A DNA stretch of 63,071 bases, counting the filler, from Vannella sp. (taxonomy: Eukaryota), in NCBI GenBank assembly GCA_023345925.1. It is 5 parts of 5 records of this genome, joined end to end, with 100 filler letters (N's around TTAATTAATTAA, not from the genome) between each part and the next. Parts side by side here need not be neighbours in the genome. Positions count along the whole stretch, not along the records: positions 20,899 to 37,043 come from JAJQQN010000494.1; positions 37,144 to 43,348 come from JAJQQN010000049.1; positions 43,449 to 56,322 come from JAJQQN010001377.1; 2 more parts are not named here. The stretch is one strand, 5' to 3'. The position numbers and the translations under genes are program-made. This document shows positions 34,288 to 44,776 of the stretch, in pieces; position 1 is the first letter of the stretch, and each line of letters begins with the position of its first letter. The notes beneath the pieces are model-generated. The model saw nothing but the letters and a program-made list of their open reading frames with translations. It had not been told where the DNA came from and searched no databases.

Positions 34288-36125
34288 ATGAGGCCGGGGG
34301 GCATTATTATGATGGACCAGGCTTCCGCCACGCTGAGGGACTCGGGAGTGCTGGATCACCAAGATGTGGAGTATGTGAGCTTCTTACGTGAAGAGGAGAT
34401 CTACAACTGGTCTTCCTTGAGTCTCTTCATCCCTCAGAAGAGCTCAGAGGACCATGGAAGCAACTTATCGCCTGATTCGCGCACCCGCCCACGTTCTGAT
34501 GTCTTACAAGGTGAGTAGCTCACTTGAAGCGTACCTAGCGCTCACAAGGTCTTCCTTAGGCGAGCTTCTATTGTGCTACGCTATCTTCACACCAGAGAGA
34601 GAGCTCATTGAGCAGTTCAGCCCGGTTCTGTCCATGCGCGATGACGAGGAGATGCGGGAGATGAAGAGAGACCCTTTAAAACGGCTTCGCGCGATAGTCA
34701 AGCAGTCGGCCTTCTTCCAGAATCTCCGATTCGAAGTGTCCTTCCAGTCTATCGAGAACATGTCGATCAGCGCCGATCCCGGTCGCAGCGTCATCACTGA
34801 GACGGAGCCTTCGCATGTCCCACAGGTAGAACCAGCTACTTCATGGAACATGATGTCCCGCCAGAACCATGGGAAGCGCGCCCCGAAGATTGGGGACTCG
34901 AACGATTCTGAGCTGCCCTTTGTTGTCCTTCCCTCTGGGGAGATTGCCTTTCCTCTTCAGTTTCCCATTGCTCTGAAGCGAGAGTTTGAGAACTCGCAGA
35001 TCAAACTGCAAGTTGTCGTCACCCCTGTGTGCTTTCCAGACCAGAATCAACGTCGATTGGATGGCATCTTGGACTATCTCACTTCCACCAACGCCATGCA
35101 GCGTTTCCCGCATCACAGAGTAGCCAACCAACAGGTCAAGCTAATCCAACCACTTTCTGTGAGTGAATCTGGTGCTGAGCTACCAAGATGGACGAACTAA
35201 TAAGGGAATGTAAGATCTCTTGGAAGAGCGTTACCATGAATAACGTTGATTACGTCAATGTTTTTGCAAAGAACAACTCTCAAGAAGGACCTGGCCAAGT
35301 CCTCATTCACATTCGGGAGCTCAAAGTTAACGAAAGTGCAACCAGGATTCTGCCCAACTTTAACGATGGAGATGGGCAGGGGCCAGTCGAGGCCTTCCAC
35401 ATGCCAGACCACTTTACCTTCACCCAGAAACATGGAGAACTTCCTCTGTCTCTGCAGCCGTTGGATCTTTTCGGGTTTGTAGTCAAAGTGAAACCAAATT
35501 ACCGAATCCTCTCCTCTCCCTCCTATTCTATTCCTCCTGCACTATTGGATAGCAGAGTGGCCTCATGGAAAGTCCAATCAAAGATCATGGTCCTTTGGGC
35601 CACAGAAGACGTGACAACTCCAATAATCTCTTACATTCCCATCGAATGGCAGTCCCAAAAGCATGAGGATCTCCTTGTTTCTATAACAGGTAGGTCACAG
35701 TTCCTTCAAAACTCCTGACTAACTGATAACTAGTCCAATCACCGGCACCTTTGAACGAACTCTTCGACGTGGGATTCACAATCACCAATCTCGCCTCGAC
35801 TTCGCGCAATTTACAGCTCCAATTGAGTCCTAACTGGTCAGCAGGCAAGGAAGGAGAGCTCCCCTTCTCTCCTGATCGAGCCAGATTGCTTCAGTCAAAA
35901 GGCAAGTTACCGGGACAAAGCTCTCTATCTTCGAATCTTCTTTGCCTTGAAAAATCCGCCAACATTGGCCAGTTGGATGCGTTCAGTAGTACGTCTCTGA
36001 ACCTCCCTTTCTTAGCCTTGGATGAAGGCATCTTTCACATTGACAAGATCCAAATCGTGGACAAAAGCAGCGGACTTGTGGCTCGTCTCGCAGAGCCTTG
36101 TAAGATCTTCGTGCGAAGTCAGTAA
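34288..36125 (+). CDS. TRAPP II Trs65/TRAPPC14-like protein, spliced
   Basis: The C-terminal beta-sandwich segment FDVGFTITNL...LLCLEKSANIGQL...LPFLALDEGIFHIDKIQIVD resembles Trs65/C7orf43. ORFs are linked by introns. Confidence 0.5.
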
Positions 36126-36212
36126 CTCGTGAGAGTGAGCTAAATGCTTTATTCCATTAAGAGTACACAATGTAAGAGGGTAGGGAATGCACATATTGTT
36201 ACAAAGAGACTT

Positions 36213-37043
36213 TCAATGATCCACCGCGTCAATCATGTTGCGAAGGCGAGTGTCAGCGATGGAAGTGAGGTTGACAACGTCCATCTTATGCTTCATTGGG
36301 TTTGCAAGAAGCTCAGATAGCTTCTCGGCCGTCTTCTCCAGATCCTCTTGGAGGTATTCCAAAAGGGAGGCTTGGGGGCCGTCATCTTCCAAGTAGTACC
36401 GAAGCACGTAGCTGTACTTGAGAACTCCTCGCACTTGCTGGAGCTTAGCAGTTGCTTGTCGGATGAAGATGACTTCCGCCTCCGTAGCCTCAGTCTCTTC
36501 CATCTCCCGCATGACTTTCATCGCTTGGTCCCTGGTTGTCTCCAGCTCGCTACTTCGGGTGTGGTTGACAAAGCGAGAGTGGTAATGCAAGTACTTTTCA
36601 AGAGCCCGGCGCATCTCCAGCCTCTGTTGCTCCCTCTCCTTCCGAGAACTCTTCTTGGAGGACTTTTTCTCCTCTTTGGACTTGTTGTAGCGATTACAGT
36701 TGTAGTAGTCATTGTGCCCCTTCCAGTCTTTGTAGCACATCCAACAGTATTCGTGCTTGCACTGCCGACAAGTCATATGATTGCACCCTCCATTCTTTTC
36801 TGTGGGAAGACCACACTTGGGACACTCTTGAGTGTTGGCAATGATCCAATTGTTCGTTTCTGACTCGTCTTCACACTTCTTTCGCCATCTGCGGACGTCT
36901 GCACATGAGGCAGGCTGATGTGCCTCCTCGCTGCACTGGAAACAGAAGCGGTATTGACAGTGGCAGGTCACTGTAGTGCCATTGATCATGTCAGAAGTGA
37001 TGGCATTTCCACAGCCTGGTGCAGGACACCATTTGATGTTGCT
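36213..37043 (-). CDS. ARIH1: Ariadne-family RBR E3 ubiquitin ligase, 5'-truncated by contig end
   Basis: IBR IKWCPAPGC...FCFQCSEEAHQPASC; RING2 NTQECPKCGLPTEKNGGCNHMTC; Ariadne domain ALEKYLHYHSRFVNH. Confidence 0.9.
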   Translation of the reverse strand, partial: SNIKWCPAPGCGNAITSDMINGTTVTCHCQYRFCFQCSEEAHQPASCADVRRWRKKCEDESETNNWIIANTQECPKCGLPTEKNGGCNHMTCRQCKHEYCWMCYKDWKGHNDYYNCNRYNKSKEEKKSSKKSSRKEREQQRLEMRRALEKYLHYHSRFVNHTRSSELETTRDQAMKVMREMEETEATEAEVIFIRQATAKLQQVRGVLKYSYVLRYYLEDDGPQASLLEYLQEDLEKTAEKLSELLANPMKHKMDVVNLTSIADTRLRNMIDAVDH

Positions 37044-37143
37044 NNNNNNNNNNNNNNNNNNNNNNNNNNNNNNNNNNNNNNNNNNNNTTAATTAATTAAN
37101 NNNNNNNNNNNNNNNNNNNNNNNNNNNNNNNNNNNNNNNNNNN
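37044..37143. other. Artificial contig-joining spacer
   Basis: 44 N + TTAATTAATTAA + 44 N. Confidence 0.98.
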
Positions 37144-39649
37144 CAAACGCTTGGTGATCTACGATCAGCTCCCTCATCGACTTTGGGTGCCCAACTCTCC
37201 CCCTGTAGACGGGGAACAGAGCGAGAAGGATGAAGAAGAGGAAGTTAGTGACTTGCAGCTGATGCAGGACACCTTCCCCCTGGTCAATGACATCCTGGAG
37301 CCCATCCTCCACCATTTAAAGGTCCCATTCGAGTGTGCCGTTGAGTGGAATGAGATCCTCGGCACTGTGGCTGACATATACATCCCTATGGTTGCCCCCT
37401 CACCTGTTGAGGAGCTCCTCATCCGCTTGAAGAACCAGACAACAGACCGAAACGACGGCTCGACGATTGAAGATGTTGTTGAGGGCCTATTAGAAGCCTT
37501 GGGGGACTCTTATGATAGTCCTATTGAAGGATATGGCTACTTCCCTCTCATCCAGCGTATCAAGCATGCGTGCCATCCAAACAGTCTTCTCCAGCATCGA
37601 GATGAAGACACTTCTGGAGCTGCCGTTCTCGTCGCTCTTCGGCCCATTGAAGAGGGCGAACTGATAACCCTCAATCTAGTACCCCAGGACCACCATTCAG
37701 AGGACCTCGATATCCCTTTCCACAGCCTAGAAGTGGACGAAAGACACTCTCGATTGGGATTCCGATGTGACTGCTGTTTGTGTGAGGAAGAGCTGCAAAG
37801 AGAGCATCATTGGCACTTCGAGATGCTGCATGATCATGCTCGTAATAGGGCTTATGCTAAGGCTCTCCAGATTCAGATAGAAAGGATGAAAGAAGGGGGA
37901 ATCTCTCATGTCCATGTATTGGACATTGGGGCCGGTTCTGGGCTGCTTTCTATGATGGCACTTCGTGCGGGCGCTGATGAAGTGACTGCTATTGAGTGCG
38001 TTCCCTATATTGCTGAAATGGCACGAAAGATTGTGGCTGCCAACGGGTTCTCGCCCGAAAAAGTTCGGGTCTTGACTGGACTCTCCACTGAATTCAGCCG
38101 TAGAGATGTGGATTGGCACTCTCGCACTCCTAATCTACTTGTTGCTGAGCTAATGAACTTCTCTCTGTTGGGAGAGAGAATTCTGCCAACTCTTCTCCAC
38201 GCGAAAGAGAATCTCCTCTCTACTAATGCTGTTATCCTGCCCAGTCAGGCTACTATCTACGCTCAATTAGTGTGCAGTAACTATATCCACCAAATGAGAG
38301 ATAACAGCAAGTGTCTTGGCGCGTCCTCTCCTTATGTCCCAGTCCGATTGGACCAATTCCAACCTCATCCTGTCAGTGCCCCCTTCGAGGCCATTAGAAT
38401 TCTCTTTTCTGGCCCTTCAGTGGTTGAAAGAGGATGCCATTCTTCTTATGTATCTATTCAAGACGATGGGACGGTCGATGCAGTGGCCTTTTGGTGGAAA
38501 GTGGATTTGGGAGAGGACAGTTGTTCTCTTGAGAACTCTCCGGGGACCTTTGGGCATTGGACGCAGTCCCTTTACTATTTAGATTCTTCCGTTCAATTGA
38601 GTTCCAGACAAGAAGTGGAAGTCATCACAGCCTTTGACGGGGCAGATATCACCTTTTCTCTATCCAACCCCCCAACAAAACGGGTTCTTGGCCCTCTCAC
38701 AGCTCCTCGGCACCGGCTTGGAATGTTGAACAACATAGAGCTTACTGAGTCTTACCAATCAGGAATGTACCAGGTCTTGAAGCGAGCTGTCCAAGAGACT
38801 CCGCTGTCCTCTATTCATGCTATTTGGGCTATGGGCGCCTCCATTCAATTCGTGGCGAGCCTCCAAGAATCACTTGTGGCGTTATATGATGATCGATTCA
38901 TCTTGGAAGGGATGGAGGAAGACTCTCTTAGTGCTTCTTCCCTTTCTCAAGCGATGGGAGGGAATGTCCATTTCACAACAAATGGCTTCCCAGCCTCTCG
39001 GAGCGCTCCCGTTCATAGAGAAGTAGCTGCTCTCTTTTCAGAGCCTTTCTTCAACTCTATCGCAGACACTCACGAACTCGCCCATGCCCTCCTCTTCTGG
39101 ACGCTTTCAAAATCCTTCGCCCAATCAGTTCATCCCTCCAGAGTGATCATTTGCCCTTCAAGAGTGGACATTGTTGTTCAACTCGTTCGTTTCGAGCATT
39201 TCTGGGCCGCCAACTCTCCCATTGGCATGGTGGAGGGCTTTGACTTGTCCGAATTTAACAAAATCCATCAAACGGGGCGCTGCCGTTCCCTTCACATGTG
39301 GATGCATGACTTCCAAGAAGTCACTTTGCCAATGGCACTGACGTCTTTGGATTATGTGCAACACACTAACGAGGAGCAGATCTACATTGAGCGCGTGGTG
39401 AAGGAGAAGGACCTGGCGAGTAGCCTGTCCCATGTGACGGCGAATGCGATTATCTGTTGGCCTGAATACCACTTCTACGAGAGCCTGATCCTCCCGAGGA
39501 ACCCAAAGAGCTGGAAACAAGCTTCTCACCACCTGGCCGCCGTCTTCCTGCTGAGAGAATGTCTTCCCGCTCTCTCTTCCACCATCAATCTCATTCTCTC
39601 CCCCTCATCGGCCACTGTCCAGGCCACCCTCACTCCTTGGGAAGAGTAA
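37144..39649 (+). CDS. SMYD-type SET/post-SET domain fused to a PRMT7/9-like tandem arginine-methyltransferase module, 5'-truncated
   Basis: One uninterrupted ORF: RIKHACHPN...ALRPIEEGELIT...GFRCDCCLC, then HFEMLHDHARNRAY, VLDIGAGSGLLSMMA, LLVAEL, GHWTQ, and a degenerate second PRMT domain (SEPFF, WKQA). Confidence 0.8.
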
Positions 39650-39745
39650 GAGAGGCAGAGAGAGCTACAGCCCAATGAATGGCACTAAACTACTCTCCTT
39701 ACCTCCAGGTGGGCTCGTAATTCTACAAAGGTGTATTATGGAGAC

Positions 39746-41785
39746 TTACTTTTTGATGCAAGACGTGAAGATGTCCTCCATCATCATCTTGCGTGTTCGA
39801 ACGCTGTTTCGGGCAAACTCTGGCGCTTCCAGACCTGCACGTGAGGCATTGACGACTGCCCATGCGTTAGAACAGAGAGCGGACCGAAAAGTGGAGTCCT
39901 TCTCACTTTTACAAAGAAGGAACTCTCGGAATCGGGGAGAGTGCTCAAAAATAGCAGGATCGGTCAGGAAGGGCTCAAACATTGGCACACCGGGCTTAGT
40001 AGCCACTTCAATACCATAATGGGGCTTTCCCACGATCATCGCTGGGCTGATAACGATAAAAACATCTTCCAAAGAGGGGCAGGAGGTCAGTCATGCCAAG
40101 TGGAATGTCCAGACTGGATGGCCTTACGGTTAAAGTGTGAACGGATGATTTGAGGGTCAAAGGGGACGCTGCTCTCCTTGAAGACTATGATGACCACGTC
40201 ATTGCCAATGTGCCGTTTCTTGCAAACTTGCTGCTCGTCTTGGGGGTTATATGGCAGCAAAGGAGCCACATGGAACATCACTTCGATGCTCTTGTAGGTG
40301 GCATACACCGAACGAAGCCCGGTCGTGTTTGTCTTAACGTCCAGCCCTCCGCGGAACTTGGTGAATCCCAGTAACTGCACATTCTCTCCTAGCAACTCAA
40401 GGAACTGCTCGAAGGCGGGACTACCATTGGTGTTCCCGAGTATCTCATCCTCTGTGGTCTGTCCCTCCCCAGCGTATACCACGCCGATCTTCTCCGCGAA
40501 GGCAATCTGTTTGGCCTCAAAGTTAAGAAGGGCCTTGTCCCAGTCAGCAAAGTCCTGCTTCACCCGAAGGAACTGTGACTCCTCCATGTTCAGTTCAGGG
40601 TATGCCTTGATAACAGTCCGCAGCGCCCGGCTTGTTGTAGAACTGCTGACCAAGACACGAATGTCGCCCTTGGCCGTTCGCATGAGGATGCGTTGGCTGT
40701 CCCTACTTTTGCTGCTCTCGATGCTTATGATGATAGGGTCCGCCCCCTTGCGGTAGAAGTGAGTGATCTTCTCTGCTTCGTTCAAAAGGAGCTGATAGAA
40801 GTACGTGTTTTGCTCGATCCGGTGAACACCGAGGTTCCGGGGTGTGTTTGGATGCCTAGGCACTTCAATGTTGTAGCCATTGGGTACACAACTCCTCGTA
40901 ACCAAGGGGATGCTCTTAGGATCCTCCTACGCGACGTCAGACGCGGAGAGGGACCTCCCTCGCCTTGATTCTTACATTCTCAGGCTTCGCCCACTTCTCT
41001 GCCTTCTTCTCCTTCTTGGAGGACCACTTCGAATGGATAGGATTGGTTGATTCGGACTCCTCTTGGACAGTGCACTCTTCGGGCGTTTCACCCCGCGGGT
41101 TGAGTTTTGTCAGGTTCCTGCGTTTGAGAGTGGTTAGATCATTAGTGAGCTATGCTGGGGCTTGTGGATAACCCACCTGGACTGTCTCTTCTTCAACGAG
41201 CGTCCAGCAGACTTTCGGGCAGACAAGGATCCACTGGGGGACTCCAAGCTATCGTAAAGAGTGCTGTCTCCTTTGGGGGAAGCTCCAAGCGCCTGAAGTG
41301 GTAGTTAGCTTCGCTGAGAGGAAGAACTGGAACCAACTAACCTTGCTCAGCCGAGGAGATTTGCTCATCCTCGGAGACTTGCTCTCCTTTGAGTCGCTGA
41401 GACTTGAGGTGGCTATGGAAAGGCCTACGATCTTATTCATGATCTTATGGCGAGTGGAAGAGGCGTCCAACGTTCTCTCTTCCTCTTCCTCCGCTTTCTC
41501 CACCAGGACAGCCTTGGTGACGCTGCCAGGCATAGACACCGAGTTTAAATGAAGGTTACTCCTTCGTTTCCTCTGCCGTAAGACAACACTCTCCGCTGCC
41601 TCACTGGCAGCCTCCGCGCTTTCGTCTTTCTCTGAGAGCGCGCTCTCCTTGATTCGGTTGGACGGTGTCCGCTTCGACTTCCGCCTGACCGGTCCCGAGA
41701 AACACACACCGCCACTCCTGTCTCTCAGCGGCACATCAAACTTGATGGCGCCGTCGCCCTCGACGTCCGCCTGCGAGGTCGACAT
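39746..41785 (-). CDS. Rap/Ran-GAP domain protein, spliced
   Basis: KIGVVY, FEQFLELLG, FRGGLDV, EVMFHVAPLLP, KKRHIGNDVVIIVF (Asn thumb). The 3' end is approximate and may extend into a further short exon. Confidence 0.85.
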
Positions 41786-41822
41786 GGAAATGAGGTTTGG
41801 CTGGAAAGTGATGAACCCTTCA

Positions 41823-43348
41823 TTAAATTGACTTTGGTGGCCCTCGCGTGTGCGCCATTTGGTTGAGAAGCCGGGACCGAGTGGAGGCGATCGAATCCTT
41901 CGAGGATGAGGACCGGATGGGGATGCGATGGGATGGGAGAGGGACTTACTTGAGAAGAGAGTTCCAGAGGCTGTATGTTACTGCATGCGGCCACGAGCCC
42001 GCTCATGAGCGAGTGGGCGAGGTAATGCTCTTCCACGAAGGGTTCGTGATCGAGTCGGTCCTTTTGCTTTTGGCAGAGGGACTCGATCAAGCTATAGTTC
42101 TTTGCCGAGTGACTAGCAAATGGTTCAGCCGAAGCCTCAGAGTGAGGAAGAGAGGTCACTCCTCTCAAAAAGTGCGTGGAAATGCCCAAATGACTGAGAG
42201 ACTCCAACTCTTCGAGATCTGTTTGGGACAGAGTTCGGCTGGGACTCTCCACGGATTGGACCATCTCTTCTACTTCCTTCTTCTTTGCACTAAGTTGGCT
42301 ACGGGAATGCCAAGAACAATCGGTGGGGGTCCCTAAAAGATGGAAAAAGGTCTGCGCGACGGTTCGCTGAGACAAAGGAAGGGATTGTAAGGTTGTTTCC
42401 AACGTCTTTCTACTCCTTGGAACCGGATTCGGCTTATCAAGTGATCTGAAGGGAGTTAGTAACGCTGGGGTTAGTAGAGACAGACGTACGGGTGGAGATA
42501 CGGGGCATCCACTCCAATGTACGAACGTTGGAAATTGTGATAGCCAGGGCTATTGGGAGAGGCAGCTCGGAACTCAGTTGCTCGTACTTTGGTTGAGAAG
42601 GTCGAGTAGATTGTGTACTTGCCCTGGTTAAGCTTGGGGGGCTCCAATGTCTGAGAGGGAATCAGCTCCCGAGGAGCTGTAATGAACTTCCGCACAGGAT
42701 ACAGTGGCTTGGGTATGGGAGCTACGATCTTTGTGAGCACCTTCATGGATTGGAAGGGGTGGCAACGTACCGGCACGAACGGGCGCAGGAGGAAGTTCGG
42801 GGATGAGGGACAAAAGGGTCTTGGGGAGGATGGTGGGAGTGAGGGAGTGGGTGCCGTTGGGAATCAAAATGTCAGACTTCTTCTTGCGGTGACTTCTGGG
42901 CTTGGGGCGGCCCAGAGGGCTACTGAGGGTCTCTGGAACAGGAAGCGGTCGGGGCTTTGCTGGAGTTGCCACCGGGACCGCAGCTGTCGCTGAAGTCTCC
43001 ACTCTCTGTCTCGACCTATCAGTCTTGGGCGTTGGTTTAGGCTCCTGAGTCAGTGGCGCGGGAGGAGTTGCATCGAACAAGGGATTGAGGGGACCAAAGT
43101 CCTTCGAGTCCAACCTTTCCTTGTATGTTACGGCCAGCTTCTTAGCCTCCTCCATCATACGAGTTGCCTCTTCGTAGTACTTTGTATCAGGCGTGTTGTA
43201 GAGCATCGCGTTGGAGAAGATGAGCTTGAAGTCCATCTGAGCCTTGTCGAAGGAGGTGTAAAGCTTTCGATTGAGCTTCTCTCGCATCTGTATGAAGCTC
43301 ATAGGGTACTTGACGATGGTAGTGTAGTTAGGTGCGATCTCGTCTGTG
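41823..43348 (-). CDS. Bromodomain protein (BRD7/BRD9-like), 5'-truncated
   Basis: TDEIAPNYTTIVKYPMSF...DFKLIFSNAMLYNTPDTKYY, then a Pro-rich linker; spliced through to the stop at 41823. Confidence 0.7.
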
Positions 43349-43448
43349 NNNNNNNNNNNNNNNNNNNNNNNNNNNNNNNNNNNNNNNNNNNNTTAATTAA
43401 TTAANNNNNNNNNNNNNNNNNNNNNNNNNNNNNNNNNNNNNNNNNNNN
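43349..43448. other. Artificial contig-joining spacer
   Basis: 44 N + TTAATTAATTAA + 44 N. Confidence 0.98.
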
Positions 43449-43501
43449 GAGAATTCCTGCAGAAAAGGTGGGAAGTCATTTCACTCGATCTCGTTCTTGG
43501 A

Positions 43502-44453
43502 ATGCCGATGTACAGCAAAGTGACCGATTTCCAGCTAGTCCCGAAAATACTCAGTATTCCTCTCTGTGCCCACAGACTCTCCGTTGCACAGCGCCCAGGA
43601 ATCCTCACGCTTGGAACTGGCCAACACATCAACCACTTCCACTGGGCCTCGAAACAGGCATTATCAATGTTCTCGACCATTGTGGCAGGTACGTTCATCT
43701 TCGGTGCTACCTTACACGCTCTCATTACGCCCTAGAAAACATGAAAGAACCCCCTAAAGGTCCCTATCCAGAGAACTGGGCTCTCCAACACGTTACCCTT
43801 CATGAAAAGCATGAAGCTCTCGTTGGAAGATTCGCAGTTCGACAGATGTACTCAGCTCTCCTTGCGGACCAAATCCTTAAGGACCCCGTATTTCCCTTTG
43901 AAGACCATGATCCTCCCGCGGAACCTCTTGATCTCCCTCCAAAACTCGGGCAAAGATCAAGGAACTCAAGGCGGATATGAAGGAGCTCGGGGCGAAGATC
44001 AAGGAACTCAAGGCGGATTTCAAGGAGCTGAAGAAGGAAGCTAGCAAACGCAAGGCGCAGTTAAAAGCGGCTGACTTGATGAAGATGCTTGCCTTCTATT
44101 CCTTCGGAAGAAGCCGACCGTGGTCAAAATTCCGGGAAAAGTACGGCGACATCCTTTACTCTTTGAAACAGGAAGAGATCACCCAGGAAGTGTTTGATGT
44201 CAAACTCCAGTCCCTTCTCGAATCTTTTCACGTGTCTCCATCCTGGTATTCTTTCTTGCCCTCAATGATTCAACTGAAGGATGAGCGCAACGACGCCTGC
44301 CGTGAAGACCTGGAGACCCCAAAATCACAAGTTAAGTTTATTCTCTCCTTGGACCCCAACCAGTTGGAACTGGATGAACGTCAAAAGCGTGATATGAGCG
44401 ATCTCCTGGCAGTACTCCATGGCATGAAGGACAACTTCGGCCGAATGAAATGA
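43502..44453 (+). pseudogene. Hypothetical coiled-coil protein gene with a 1-nt frameshift in a tandem repeat
   Basis: Probable intron GTACGT...CCTAG (about 43689-43735). The repeat unit LGAKIKELKAD occurs twice with a period of 41 nt (CTCGGGC at 43945 vs CTCGGGGC at 43986), splitting ORFs 43468-43980 and 43977-44453. Confidence 0.55.
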
Positions 44454-44516
44454 AGTTCATTATGTGCACTCTAAGTGACCTCTGCAGTCCCCCTCACTCC
44501 CTTCTTATGAAAGGAG

Positions 44517-44555
44517 AATCAGCTCCGATCCCAAAGTGGGCTTGAGTCTTGATCC
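44517..44555. repeat. Dispersed 39-nt intergenic motif, copy 2
   Basis: 38/39 identical to 10488-10526. Confidence 0.9.
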
Positions 44556-44682
44556 GACGCAGCGAGAGCGTGGCCCAGCGGGGAGGGGAAGCATTGGCAG
44601 ACTTCAAAAAATAAAATGCAATTCCGTTTAGCAGCCTTTTTTCTTGTCCATCCCGCGCAGGCCACGCTCTCGCTGCGTCGGA
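44553..44682. repeat. Perfect 23-bp inverted repeat with an 84-nt spacer
   Basis: TCCGACGCAGCGAGAGCGTGGCC (44553-44575) and GGCCACGCTCTCGCTGCGTCGGA (44660-44682). Confidence 0.95.
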
Positions 44683-44776
44683 CAGCCAAGAAAAAGGATG
44701 ATAAATTCATCCATCACTTTGCTAAGAGAAATTCCAAGAGGCCAGCCGACAGTTCACTTTTTTCTGGCCCTTTTCG

